From assembly GCA_021803945.1 (NCBI GenBank), contig JAJZKW010000001.1:8517-72516 (forward strand): a stretch of DNA of 64,000 bases, in the 5' to 3' direction. Made by a program: the position numbers and the translations under genes. The notes under the pieces were generated by a model that was given only the letters and a program-made list of their open reading frames with translations, did not search any database and was not told where the DNA came from. Numbering within the stretch: position 1 is the stretch's first letter; each line of letters starts with the position of its first letter. This document shows positions 18,944 through 28,588 of this stretch, in pieces. Source of the DNA: Candidatus Micrarchaeota archaeon (GTDB taxonomy: Archaea > Micrarchaeota > Micrarchaeia > Micrarchaeales > CABMGC01).

Positions 18944-18956
18944 AAAGCTTTATATT
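18944..18956 (+). promoter_or_regulatory. BRE/TATA-like element AAAGCTTTATATT upstream of leuS
   Basis: A purine-rich BRE-like AAAGC followed by TTTATATT lies 37 nt upstream of the ATG at 18993. The similar strings AAGCTTTAAATAA at 541-553 and AAAGCTTTAAATA at 46089-46101 occur upstream of other genes. Confidence 0.4.
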
Positions 18957-18992
18957 CTACATTTAATAATGAATAACCATTCGTGGTTTCTA

Positions 18993-21848
18993 ATGGATTA
19001 CAGGGAGATTGACAGGAAGTGGCAGAAGGCATGGGATGAGTCCAGGATATTCGAGAGCGATGTGAGCGGCAAGGAGCCGTACATGGTGACTGTCGCATTC
19101 CCATATGTCAACGCGCCGCAGCACATAGGACACATGCGCGTATACGGTACCGCGGACGTCCTTGCGCGGTACAAGAGGATGCGCGGGTACAACGTGCTAT
19201 TTCCCATGGCCTTCCATGCGACCGGAACACCCATACTCGCATTCGCGAAGAGGCTCAAGAACAATGACAAGGACCTGATTGCCGAGCTCAAACTCTTCCA
19301 CATACCTGATTCAGAGATAGCGCAGATGACCGACCCTCTCTACATAGCCAATTATTTTGTCAAGGAGATAGAGAACGGGATGCACCGGGCCGGATACAGC
19401 ATAGACTGGAGGAGAAAGTTCGTGTCCATAGACCCTTTCTTCAGCAAGCTGGTAGAATGGCAGTTCGGCATACTCAACAGCAAAGGCTACTTAGTGAAGG
19501 GGAAGCATCCTGTAGGATGGTGCCCCAATGAGAACAATGCCGTAGGCATGCATGACACAAAGAAGGACGTGGAGCCAGACATCGAAAAAGAGACGGCTAT
19601 AAAATTCAAGGTTGATGGAGAAGATTCCTTCATATTATGCGCAACATACCGGCCAGAGACCGTATTCGGAGCTACAAATATCTTCATAAGCGAGGCCTCC
19701 AAGTATGTATCATGCAAGATAGACGGAAAGGGGAACTACTATCTTTCAAAGGCAGCGGCCCAGGCCCTCAAATTCCAGTTCAATGTAGAGGAGACAAGTG
19801 AAATAAGCGGTTCAGACCTCCTCTCGAAGAGATGCATCAATCCCTCAACAAATGCGCAGATGCCAATATTCCCAGGGTTCTTCGTGGATGAAGGCATTGG
19901 CACAGGGGCAGTTATGAGCGTGCCTGCACACGCGCCTTTCGACTATGTTGCGATAGAGCGGCTCAGGAAGGACGGAAAGGCGCTTGACATAAAGCCGGTC
20001 AAAGTGATAGAGATGCCCGCAAACGGAGTGTCGGAATTCGCAAAGGCTGCAGCAAGGCAGGACTACTTCGACATGCCCGCACTGGCATACATAGAGCTAT
20101 TCAAGACAGGCGATTCCGAAGACGCCGCACTCGAATCAGCAACGAAGCTCCAGTACAGGGAGGAGTCGCATTACGGAAAGATGATGATAAGCGGATATGA
20201 AGGGATGGCCGAGCCTGAGGCAAGGGAAAGGATTTCAAAAGAGCTCCTGTCAGGTGACAAAGCGATTGAGATTTACGTACTGGCCAACAGCCCGGTCTTC
20301 TGCAGATGCGGATACAATGTTGTTGTGAAGGTGGTGGACAACCAATGGTTCCTCAATTATGGGAATCAGGAATGGAAGGCTAAGGCAAAAGAGGCCTTCT
20401 CAGGCATCGTCATACTCCCTGAAAAGTCAAGGAAGGCCTTCGAAGCCGCGATAGATTGGATAGACCTGAGGGCTGTGGCAAGGTCGCAGGGTCTTGGCAC
20501 GAGGTTCCCTCTCGACAGCGAGAAGATAATAGAGTCTCTGTCGGATTCTACCATATACATGTCCTTTTACACCATATCAAATCTGATAAGAGACGTCCCA
20601 GTAGAGAGCCTTAAGCAGGAATTCTTCGACTATGTCTTCCTGAACAAAGGGGATGCCGCAAAGGTCTCAGCCTCAACAGGCATCGACTTCCAGCTAGTGA
20701 AGAGGTGCAGGGAATCGTTTGACTACTGGTACAGGATGACATCAAGGCACTCAGGTCCTGACCTGATATTCAACCACCTTACAATGTACATATTCAACCA
20801 TGCGACGATATTTGACAAACCCTACTGGCCGAAGCAGATAGTGGTCAACGGCTCTGTCCTGAGCGAGGGCGAGAAGATGAGCAAGAGCCTTGGAAACATA
20901 GTGCCACTTGTCGATGCCATAGAAAAGTACGGAGCAGACGTGCTGAGATCCATGGTCGTTGCTAGTGCCGATCTGTTCAGCGACTCGGAATTCAGCGAAG
21001 TCGCGGCGCGCGGCATAGACGAGAGATTCAGGTACATCAACGATATGGCGGAAAAGTCTGGCAGCATGGAGAGCGGCGAGCTCAGGCACATAGACTATTG
21101 GCTGTATTCAAGGATCAACAGGAAGATAAAATCTGCTACAGTGCAGATAGAGCGGCTCGAGCTGAGAGGCTTCAGCACAGGAGTCATATACGACTCGATA
21201 CTCGAGCTTAAGAAATACCTCGCAAGGGGCCCGCCCAACGGCATAGTTGTCAGGGACTATCTTTCAAGCCTAGTGCTGCTCCTTGCGCCCATAGCGCCGC
21301 ACATATCAGAGGAGATATGGCATATGATGGGCAATGCGGGCTTCTCATCCCTCGAGAAGTGGCCTTCCCCTGACGAATCCATGATAAGCGACAAGATTGA
21401 GGCAGAAGAGGAGCTGCTGGAAAGCGTAATATCTGATTCCAAGCAGGTAGTCTCCCTGATGAGGAAGGGCGGCAAGGAGCCCAAGTCGATAAGGCTGATA
21501 GTCGCAGAAGACTGGAAGAGGGTCTTAAACAACGAGCTGTCCGGCAGCAGGAGCATAAAGTCGGTAATGGAGAAGATAAACAATGCAGAAGAAGCGGCAA
21601 GGCTTAAGATAGGCGATGGTGACAGGGAGAAGGCGATAAATTACGTGCAGCAGCTAGCAAAAAAGATAAACGCGGTGAAGCCGTCTGTGTCGACGCAAGA
21701 GGAGGAATACAACCTCCTCTCCGGGGCCAGGGAGTATCTTTCAGAGTCGTTGAGCTGCAGTGTATCAATAGAGCTCGAAGCTCATTCGGATTCGAAGAGG
21801 GCATCCAACGCTCTTCCCCAGAAGCCAGGCGTAGATGTAGTTACGTGA
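18993..21848 (+). CDS. leuS: Leucyl-tRNA synthetase (archaeal type)
   Basis: 'HIGH' motif (PQHIGHMRVY), 'KMSKS' (GEKMSKSLGN) and a CP1 editing domain. Start moved to 'MDYREIDRKWQKAW' based on the promoter position and the conserved N-terminus. Confidence 0.95.
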   Translation: MDYREIDRKWQKAWDESRIFESDVSGKEPYMVTVAFPYVNAPQHIGHMRVYGTADVLARYKRMRGYNVLFPMAFHATGTPILAFAKRLKNNDKDLIAELKLFHIPDSEIAQMTDPLYIANYFVKEIENGMHRAGYSIDWRRKFVSIDPFFSKLVEWQFGILNSKGYLVKGKHPVGWCPNENNAVGMHDTKKDVEPDIEKETAIKFKVDGEDSFILCATYRPETVFGATNIFISEASKYVSCKIDGKGNYYLSKAAAQALKFQFNVEETSEISGSDLLSKRCINPSTNAQMPIFPGFFVDEGIGTGAVMSVPAHAPFDYVAIERLRKDGKALDIKPVKVIEMPANGVSEFAKAAARQDYFDMPALAYIELFKTGDSEDAALESATKLQYREESHYGKMMISGYEGMAEPEARERISKELLSGDKAIEIYVLANSPVFCRCGYNVVVKVVDNQWFLNYGNQEWKAKAKEAFSGIVILPEKSRKAFEAAIDWIDLRAVARSQGLGTRFPLDSEKIIESLSDSTIYMSFYTISNLIRDVPVESLKQEFFDYVFLNKGDAAKVSASTGIDFQLVKRCRESFDYWYRMTSRHSGPDLIFNHLTMYIFNHATIFDKPYWPKQIVVNGSVLSEGEKMSKSLGNIVPLVDAIEKYGADVLRSMVVASADLFSDSEFSEVAARGIDERFRYINDMAEKSGSMESGELRHIDYWLYSRINRKIKSATVQIERLELRGFSTGVIYDSILELKKYLARGPPNGIVVRDYLSSLVLLLAPIAPHISEEIWHMMGNAGFSSLEKWPSPDESMISDKIEAEEELLESVISDSKQVVSLMRKGGKEPKSIRLIVAEDWKRVLNNELSGSRSIKSVMEKINNAEEAARLKIGDGDREKAINYVQQLAKKINAVKPSVSTQEEEYNLLSGAREYLSESLSCSVSIELEAHSDSKRASNALPQKPGVDVVT

Positions 21849-21850
21849 TG

Positions 21851-22570
21851 CTAGAACATCCGCATGCCTGAATATATCACGGAGAACACGAATGCTATTA
21901 CAAGGGCAAACGCAAGCTCCGGAAGTATCGCAGCTCCAGCAACATAATACAAGAACGCGAATATCACTGCCATTGTAACTGCATAGGCCTTCTTGTTCCA
22001 CCTAAGGACCTTGCTGCCATCAAGCGGATACACCGGAAGCATGTTGAAGAACGCGAGCCAGACGCTTATGAACAATGTTACCCCGATTGCATTGTTGATG
22101 TACTTTCCCACCACGAAGTAGCTGTTTGCGATTATCCCTATTGCCATGAACGCTATGAACACTGCAAAATTCGTAAGCGGCCCTGCGAGCGATACAAGCC
22201 CATCCTCCCTTTCAGTAAATCTGTTCGTGTATATCATGGTGGCTCCAGGAAGCCCTATCAGGAAACCGAACAGCGATGACACAAGCGTTATCATTATCCC
22301 GGAATCCCATCTCTTGAATGCGGCTATAGCTCCGAAGCGCTGCGCTACCATCTTATGCATGTATTCATGGAGTATGAATGCCAGGGATACTGCCATGAAC
22401 GATATCGGGAGAAAGTAGAAGAAGCCGATCCAGTCGTTCCTGAGCCCTCCTACGCCTCCAGAGTAAAGGAGCGCGAATGCTATCGTAAGCACGGCATCCG
22501 CTATGATCATGTCCTTTATCTCGCTTGAAAGCCTTACATGTTCACGTAAGCCCGGCATCAGAACCAGCAT
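21851..22570 (-). CDS. M50 family (site-2 protease-like) membrane metalloprotease
   Basis: 'HEYMHKMVAQRFG' HExxH motif, 'FNMLPVYPLDGSKV' second metal-ligand motif, multiple TM helices. The ORF-track start (22633) overlaps the tRNA, so the start was moved to an internal Met. Confidence 0.75.
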   Translation of the reverse strand: MLVLMPGLREHVRLSSEIKDMIIADAVLTIAFALLYSGGVGGLRNDWIGFFYFLPISFMAVSLAFILHEYMHKMVAQRFGAIAAFKRWDSGIMITLVSSLFGFLIGLPGATMIYTNRFTEREDGLVSLAGPLTNFAVFIAFMAIGIIANSYFVVGKYINNAIGVTLFISVWLAFFNMLPVYPLDGSKVLRWNKKAYAVTMAVIFAFLYYVAGAAILPELAFALVIAFVFSVIYSGMRMF

Positions 22571-22625
22571 TCCATATATGCAGGCACATTTATTAAAATG
22601 TTCACCAAGTAAAGCTAGATTGTGC

Positions 22626-22698
22626 AGCTCCATCGTCTAGTGGTCAAGGATAACGGGCTCTGAACCCGTTGACGCCAGTCCGAATCTGGCTGGAGCTA
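22626..22698 (+). tRNA. tRNA-Gln (anticodon CUG)
   Basis: 73 nt. Acceptor AGCTCCA/TGGAGCT is a perfect 7 bp stem. Anticodon arm is ACGGG-CTCTGAA-CCCGT with U33 and A37. T arm is GCCAG-TCCGAAT-CTGGC. Discriminator is A and there is no encoded CCA. Confidence 0.85.
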
Positions 22699-22780
22699 AT
22701 TGATGTTTGTTAGTAGCGCTGTTCTAATAATGTTAGCAGAGATAAAGAAATAGACGCACAACGCTGGAAACGGGATTAAA

Positions 22781-23341
22781 ATGCGACTTGAAACAGACAG
22801 ATTAATCTTAAGGGACTGGAGTAAAAAAGACATCAATGACTTGGTTGAAGGGTTGAATAATCTAGAAGTTTCAAAATGGTTGGCACATATTCCCTATCCC
22901 TATACAAAAAGGGACGCAGAAGAATGGATAAACTACTGCATTAAGAATGCCAAGAAAGGTAAAGAACAGAATTCCTATTATTTTGCCATTGAGCTTAAAT
23001 CAGAGAGAAAAGTTATTGGCGGAATAGGCTTAGAGAGAATAAATAGGGTTCAGGGAACTGGTGGTGGAGGATGGTGGCTTAACGCAAAATATCACAGAAA
23101 AGGATATGGCGCAGAGGCTTTAGTAGCACGAATAAAATTTGCATTTGGTAAACTAAGGTTAAGAAGGATAGAAAATGGGTTCTTCAAAGGAAATTTTTCT
23201 TCATTCAAATTACAAAAGAAGCTTGGCTACAAAATCGAGGGACTACGAAGAAAGGCATATATATGCAAAGCTGATGGGAAAATAAAAGATGAATACATGA
23301 CAGCGTTGCTGAAGGACGAATGGAAAGGGCAACGCAGCTAA
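22781..23341 (+). CDS. GNAT family N-acetyltransferase (RimJ/RimL-like)
   Basis: 'MRLETDRLILRDWSKKDINDL' N-terminus typical of the RimJ/RimL group, and 'HRKGYGAEAL' acetyl-CoA loop. Confidence 0.8.
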   Translation: MRLETDRLILRDWSKKDINDLVEGLNNLEVSKWLAHIPYPYTKRDAEEWINYCIKNAKKGKEQNSYYFAIELKSERKVIGGIGLERINRVQGTGGGGWWLNAKYHRKGYGAEALVARIKFAFGKLRLRRIENGFFKGNFSSFKLQKKLGYKIEGLRRKAYICKADGKIKDEYMTALLKDEWKGQRS

Positions 23342-23405
23342 CTAGTACCTATATTAATCTATTGCTACTAGTTACTAGTAGTAGTATATTACTTATGGTA
23401 CTAGT
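23341..23405. promoter_or_regulatory. 65-bp imperfect palindrome built from four ACTAGT hexamers
   Basis: ACTAGT occurs at 23341, 23367, 23374 and 23400 (spacing 26/7/26). The outer 9 nt (ACTAGTACC / GGTACTAGT) are perfectly complementary. It lies between the GNAT stop and the ATPase start (23417). Confidence 0.5.
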
Positions 23406-23416
23406 AACGTGATTGT

Positions 23417-24502
23417 ATGCTATTTGACCTGAACCCAAAGGAAAACGTCTCGGAGCTATTTGATAGAAAAAACGAACTTGAAGAACTTTCTGGCGCTATA
23501 GAAAGAGGCGAAAAACTTACAGTTGTGTACGGTGTCAGGCGTATAGGAAAGACCAGTCTCCTAAGGAGTTTCATTTCTGAAAAAAAGTCCTTAAGCATCT
23601 TCTTGGACATTCGACAGATATACTACATCCATAAAAGAACCATTCCTTCCGAGGCGGTTTACGAGCAGATATTGCGAGAATTTACCGATCTTATGGGAAT
23701 TCTGGGCATCGGAGCAGAGGAACAGACAAGTGTGTTTTCAGCTTATGGGGAGAACAACATCACAAATTTGCTTTCAGATATAAACAAATGGTGCTCTACA
23801 AGGAAGGTAAAATTTCTTTTAGTACTTGATGAAGCCCAATATCTAAGACATTCAAGGAAAATTTCATATGACGGTGTAATTGCATGGAGTTTAGATAATC
23901 TAAAGAGCATATTTTTCATTGTGTCGGGTAGTGAAGTTGGTGTTTTAAAGGAAATGCTAGATTTTGAAAATACAAAGGCTCCGCTTTATGGTAGGTTCCG
24001 AAATGAAATACTCCTAAAGAAACTAAGCAACGAAGAAAGCTCAGAGTTTCTGTTGAGAGGCTTCAAAGAGCAAAGTCACAAGATAAGCGATGTAGAAATA
24101 AATCAAGTTAATGGAAAAATTGGTGGATTAATAGGTTGGCTTACATATTACGGACATTACAGAACTGCAAACAATATGGCTCATAACGATGCTCTAAACA
24201 AAGTTTTTTCAGAAGGTTCGAAGATTGCAATGTCGGAGATAGAAAATCTAATTAAAAAATCGAAGAAGAGATACCTAGCCATAATGACTGGGATAGCGAA
24301 GGGCATGGGATCATGGGCAGATATCAAAGCCTATACTATAACAAAAACTGGAAAAATTCCAGACTCGGGTCTGGATATGCTACTTTCCTCACTGATTAAA
24401 TTTAGCATAATAGAAAAGGATAGTTCAGGGAGCTATAAGATTGTAGATCCTATACTGAGAGAATATCTAAGTTCGCCTAGTAGCAAATTAAGCCATAGAT
24501 AA
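23417..24502 (+). CDS. Archaeal ATPase (Arch_ATPase/AAA with C-terminal DUF234-like wHTH)
   Basis: 'FDRKNELEELSGAIERGEKLTVVYGVRRIGKTSLL' (Walker A), 'LLVLDEAQYL' (Walker B), then a C-terminal winged-helix-like tail. Confidence 0.8.
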   Translation: MLFDLNPKENVSELFDRKNELEELSGAIERGEKLTVVYGVRRIGKTSLLRSFISEKKSLSIFLDIRQIYYIHKRTIPSEAVYEQILREFTDLMGILGIGAEEQTSVFSAYGENNITNLLSDINKWCSTRKVKFLLVLDEAQYLRHSRKISYDGVIAWSLDNLKSIFFIVSGSEVGVLKEMLDFENTKAPLYGRFRNEILLKKLSNEESSEFLLRGFKEQSHKISDVEINQVNGKIGGLIGWLTYYGHYRTANNMAHNDALNKVFSEGSKIAMSEIENLIKKSKKRYLAIMTGIAKGMGSWADIKAYTITKTGKIPDSGLDMLLSSLIKFSIIEKDSSGSYKIVDPILREYLSSPSSKLSHR

Positions 24503-24680
24503 TCTTTTATTGGATCCGCATGTCGAAACCTTTAAAGGCGGCTATTCTGTTTCCTGTGCTTATGCAACTTTAAATTTGCATCAGAATACGAAGAGGAAAA
24601 ATATATTCACTAAATTAAAGTTATCTTTATCTATGCAAAGTATATTAAACTAGTATCTTCATAGATTAGATTGGATACAT

Positions 24681-25361
24681 ATGAACAATATACTAATAGG
24701 GGTTATAGTAGTAATAGCGATTGCAGTGCTTGTAATGGCCATATCTGCAACAGGTTCGAAGAACACGAGCAGCGTCCTGTTTTCAATTTCTGACACTCCG
24801 GCAACCCTGAGTTCTGTATCCTCCGTATACGTGACTGTACAAGAGGTCAGCATGCACAGCGCCACTACAGGGCAATGGTACAACTTCTCTGCCGCAGGGA
24901 AGGGCGCCTACAATCTAGTTGCACTTAAAAATATTTCCGCTTTCGTAGCCAATGCGCAGGTATCAGCAGGCAATTATGACGAAATAGTGCTTGTAATCTC
25001 AAGTTCAAATGCAACGGTCAACGGCACAGTAAAAAACGTAATACTCCCCAGTGGCAAGCTGAAGATATTTGGAAACTTTAATATATCAAACAAGACGACA
25101 AATTGGGTAAACATGGATTTCAATGTAAATCAGTCGCTTCATGCAACAGGCAACGGAGAGATCATATTGCTGCCAGTAATACAGACAAGGTTTATGCAGG
25201 GTTCAGACGTGACTGTCGAAGCCAACGATACAATAAACGTATCAAGCCGCGGAAATACCTCCTTGGAAGTGAATGACGGAATGGACGCCAATGGCACCAT
25301 GAGAAGCAATTTCGTTGTGCCTGCAAATGCAAATATTATAATAAATACACATATAGGCTAG
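24681..25361 (+). CDS. Membrane-anchored DUF4382-like beta-sandwich protein
   Basis: N-terminal TM 'ILIGVIVVIAIAVLVMAI', then 'VYVTVQEVSMHS...WYNFS...YNLVALKN...AGNYDEIVLVISS...LPSGKLKI', which resembles DUF4382. Confidence 0.55.
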   Translation: MNNILIGVIVVIAIAVLVMAISATGSKNTSSVLFSISDTPATLSSVSSVYVTVQEVSMHSATTGQWYNFSAAGKGAYNLVALKNISAFVANAQVSAGNYDEIVLVISSSNATVNGTVKNVILPSGKLKIFGNFNISNKTTNWVNMDFNVNQSLHATGNGEIILLPVIQTRFMQGSDVTVEANDTINVSSRGNTSLEVNDGMDANGTMRSNFVVPANANIIINTHIG

Positions 25362-25431
25362 TCTGCGCTGTAGGCTGCAACAAAAAGAGGTTTGATCTTC
25401 TGCAGGTCTCTGCCGGAAGAGCCTCAAACAT

Positions 25432-26622
25432 TCATTTTACCAATTCCAGTTCCTTCCCTATCTTTGTTATCTTGTCAATGGCAAATTCAAGGTCCTCTTT
25501 TGAGTGGTCTGCAGACATCATCGTCCTGATCCTGGCTCTTCCCTTCGCCACCATCGGGAAGACTATCGGCAAGGCATACACATCCTCTTCGAAGAGCCGC
25601 TGGCTCATCTTGGCTGCCTTTGACTCGTCATATGTGATTATCGGTATTATCGGCGTTTCGCTTACTCCTGTATCAAATCCGGCTTCTTTGAGCCTCTTCC
25701 TGAAGCTTTTGGTGTTTCTCCAGAGCCTCTTCACCAGCTTGTCGCTTTTCTCGAGCAGCTCAAGCGAGGCAATGCTGGCGGCCACGGTCCCAGGCGGATG
25801 CGATCCGGTCAAAAGCCATGTCCTTGATTTGTTTAGGAGGTATTTCTTAAGCGTCCTCGTCCCAGCGATGTATCCGCCCATGGTACCGAACCCTTTCGAG
25901 AATGTCCCCATGTCCATGTCAACTCGGTCTTCAAGGCCGAAGTGGTTGACGATCCCTCTGCCATGTTCTCCGAGGACCCCGTCGCCGTGGGCGTCATCGA
26001 CATAGGTGCATGCGCCATACTCTTCGGCCAGTTTCACTATCCTGTCCAGCGGGGCTATGTCCCCATCCATTGAGAATACGCCATCAGTTATGACCAGGAT
26101 CCTTTTCGGGTTTTTGGCCTTGGCCTCCTTCAGCCTCGTCTCCAGCTCATTCATGTCCCTGTGCTTGTAGATCATCCTTTCTCCTTTTGTCAGCCTGGTG
26201 CCGTCGATAATGGATCCGTGGTTAAGCTCATCGGAGATTATGATGTCGCCCTCGCGGACCAGGGCCGGTATGGCTCCGCTGTTCGCCGTAAAACCAGAAT
26301 TGTAATAGATCGCATCTTCAGTACGCTTGAACCTCGCTATCGTCTCCTCAAGCTTTATGTGGATATCCATGCTGCCAGCGATAGGCCGCACGCTTCCAGA
26401 CCCCGCTCCATATTTTTTTATTGCGCCAATCGCTGCCCTCTTGAGTATGCGGCTGTTGGAAAGCCCAAGGTAATTGTTCGAACAGAGCATTATAACCTCC
26501 TTGCCTGCTATCTTCGTCTTGGCGCCCGACGGCCCTTCTAGGGTTTTAGGGTTCCACAACAAATTCTTGCTTTCTAGATCCTCCAATTCCGCTCTTAGAT
26601 CGTTCTGAAGCTGTTCGTTCAT
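25432..26622 (-). CDS. kbl: 2-amino-3-ketobutyrate CoA ligase (glycine C-acetyltransferase)
   Basis: PLP alpha-oxoamine synthase motifs 'LCSNNYLGLS', 'DDAHGDGVLGEHGRG' and 'GTFSKGFGTMGGY' (PLP Lys). Confidence 0.85.
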   Translation of the reverse strand: MNEQLQNDLRAELEDLESKNLLWNPKTLEGPSGAKTKIAGKEVIMLCSNNYLGLSNSRILKRAAIGAIKKYGAGSGSVRPIAGSMDIHIKLEETIARFKRTEDAIYYNSGFTANSGAIPALVREGDIIISDELNHGSIIDGTRLTKGERMIYKHRDMNELETRLKEAKAKNPKRILVITDGVFSMDGDIAPLDRIVKLAEEYGACTYVDDAHGDGVLGEHGRGIVNHFGLEDRVDMDMGTFSKGFGTMGGYIAGTRTLKKYLLNKSRTWLLTGSHPPGTVAASIASLELLEKSDKLVKRLWRNTKSFRKRLKEAGFDTGVSETPIIPIITYDESKAAKMSQRLFEEDVYALPIVFPMVAKGRARIRTMMSADHSKEDLEFAIDKITKIGKELELVK

Positions 26623-26753
26623 AAAGACAACGATTTCAGTTTTCCGTTTAAGTTATTAAAAGTTCCTGTCTCTGTCCGGCATTTCGCTGATGAACGAATT
26701 TGTCCTGGCTGCCTGGTGGGATTTAAATGCCTTTTTTCCCTATCCCTTTCATG

Positions 26754-27719
26754 AAAATCTTGGTCACAGGAGCAGCCGGGCAGATAGGATCTGAACTGGT
26801 TCCGGCATTAAGAAGCAGGCACGGAGATGAAAATGTAATTGCCCTTTATCACAGGAATGTGCCAAACGATCCGGGCGAGCAAGTAGTCGGAGATGCTGGA
26901 GACAGGGTGTTCTTGGAGAGCCTGATTGCAGAGCGCGACATAGAAGAAGTATATCACCTGGTCGGGATACTCTCCGCCAGGGGCGAGGAAAATCCTGATC
27001 TTGCCTTCAGCGTGAACATGGGCACCCTCAAGAACGTCCTGGACATAGCCAAAGACAGGAAGAAGGCAGGTAAGCCGATAAAAATATTCTGGCCGAGCTC
27101 GATAGCAGCCTTCGGACCTACCACTCCAAGAGAAAAAACACCGCAGCGCACAGTGCTTGAACCGGCCACGATGTACGGAGTCACAAAAGTTGCCGGCGAG
27201 CTCCTGGTGAATTACTACTTCAAGAAGTACGGCATAGATATCAGGGGATTGCGCTACCCTGGCATAATAAGCTGGAAAACGCCGCCTGGCGGCGGCACGA
27301 CAGACTATGCAGTCGAAATATTCTATGGCGCATTGAATGGCAAGGAATATGTATCTTTTCTAAAACCAGGGACATACCTCCCCATGATGTATATGGACGA
27401 TGCTGTCAGGGCAACAATGGAGCTCATGGAAGCTGACGCCTCCAAGATAAGAGTACGAACTAGCTACAACATTACGGCAGTAAGCTTCGACCCCGAAGGG
27501 ATTGCCGCAGAAATCAGGAAACGAATCCCAGAATTCAAGATTTCATATAAACCGGATTTCAGGCAGCAGATTGCAGACTCCTGGCCAAGGTCAATAGACG
27601 ATTCTTCTGCGAGGGAGGACTGGGGTTGGAAGCCCAGCTTCGGCCTCCCGGAAATAGTCGACGACATGCTAAAAAATCTGGGTCCGAAAGCCAGAGCAGG
27701 CGGTGCACCGGGCATGTAA
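26754..27719 (+). CDS. tdh: SDR/epimerase-type L-threonine 3-dehydrogenase
   Basis: 'MKILVTGAAGQIGSELVPALR', 'YGVTKVAGE' (YxxxK). Divergent from kbl, matching the known SDR-type TDH/KBL pairing. Start set at MKILVTG. Confidence 0.7.
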   Translation, partial: KILVTGAAGQIGSELVPALRSRHGDENVIALYHRNVPNDPGEQVVGDAGDRVFLESLIAERDIEEVYHLVGILSARGEENPDLAFSVNMGTLKNVLDIAKDRKKAGKPIKIFWPSSIAAFGPTTPREKTPQRTVLEPATMYGVTKVAGELLVNYYFKKYGIDIRGLRYPGIISWKTPPGGGTTDYAVEIFYGALNGKEYVSFLKPGTYLPMMYMDDAVRATMELMEADASKIRVRTSYNITAVSFDPEGIAAEIRKRIPEFKISYKPDFRQQIADSWPRSIDDSSAREDWGWKPSFGLPEIVDDMLKNLGPKARAGGAPGM

Positions 27720-27793
27720 AGCCTATCAATTGTGGCGTAGGACCCGCGCCTCATGCAGGTCCTTCTCCATACTGCAACAGATTTAAGCGCTAG

Positions 27794-28402
27794 TTGCCTA
27801 ACAAATTCATGGCCAAGCGGCAGGTGCTGATGAAAGGCTACAGCAGGACAGGAGGCATATTGATGCTTACTGCAGCCATAGGGATACTGCTTTCCGTCCT
27901 GCTAGCACAGCACATGTATCCAGATTACAGCCTCTCAAGCAATTATATCAGCGACCTGAGCATCGGCAGCACGGCCATAATCTTCAATACTGCCATGGAG
28001 CTGTTCGGCCTTATGCTCATGGCAAGTTCATACTTTATGCATAAGGCAGGCTACCTGTATCCTTCCATCGCGCTGCTGGCGGCAGGCGTGGGCGGATTCT
28101 GCATAGGTATATTCCCGGAGACTGCAGGCACACTCCACATCGCTTCGGCTGCCGTGGCTTTCGGCGCAGTGGCAATGGCATCTATCAGTTTTTCCAGGTC
28201 TTTCAGTAAATATCTGTCATATTATTCCGCGGCAGCAGGGCTCCTTGCGCTTTCCGTACTGGCGCTCTTCGCTCTTAACCTTTCCACTGGTTCAAGCATG
28301 ACATTCGGATTCGGCAGCGGAGGGATTGAAGAGATCCTTTTCTATGATGAACTCATATGGGCTTCTGTTACCGGGCTATTCTTCTCCGCGAACCGCGCGT
28401 GA
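27794..28402 (+). CDS. Multi-pass membrane protein (DUF998-like)
   Basis: Six predicted TM segments and a 'NYISDLSIGS' motif after TM1, reminiscent of DUF998. Confidence 0.45.
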   Translation: MPNKFMAKRQVLMKGYSRTGGILMLTAAIGILLSVLLAQHMYPDYSLSSNYISDLSIGSTAIIFNTAMELFGLMLMASSYFMHKAGYLYPSIALLAAGVGGFCIGIFPETAGTLHIASAAVAFGAVAMASISFSRSFSKYLSYYSAAAGLLALSVLALFALNLSTGSSMTFGFGSGGIEEILFYDELIWASVTGLFFSANRA

Positions 28403-28588
28403 ACCTGCCCACAATTCCGCCTTCTGCACCCGGTTCATTTCGATTACATTATCACCAGAAAAAATCCACGGCTGGGTTAGGCAAAGATTTAAATACCTTC
28501 CGAGATATATTATAGCGTTTATCATCGGCAAATTCTATATTTGCTTAGATTTATCCAGCGTTATATTGAACAATATTTGGTGTACTAT

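Noticed and set aside
22571-22633. The first 21 codons of the M50 protease ORF.
   Set aside because: This segment overlaps the tRNA-Gln gene on the opposite strand, so an internal Met start is more plausible.
22699-25431. A direct repeat of the tRNA-Gln 3' end that would define att sites for the A+T-rich patch.
   Set aside because: I could not find a copy of GCCAGTCCGAATCTGGCTGGAGCT, or a substantial part of it, at the distal boundary by eye. The island idea is therefore kept only as a low-interest inference.
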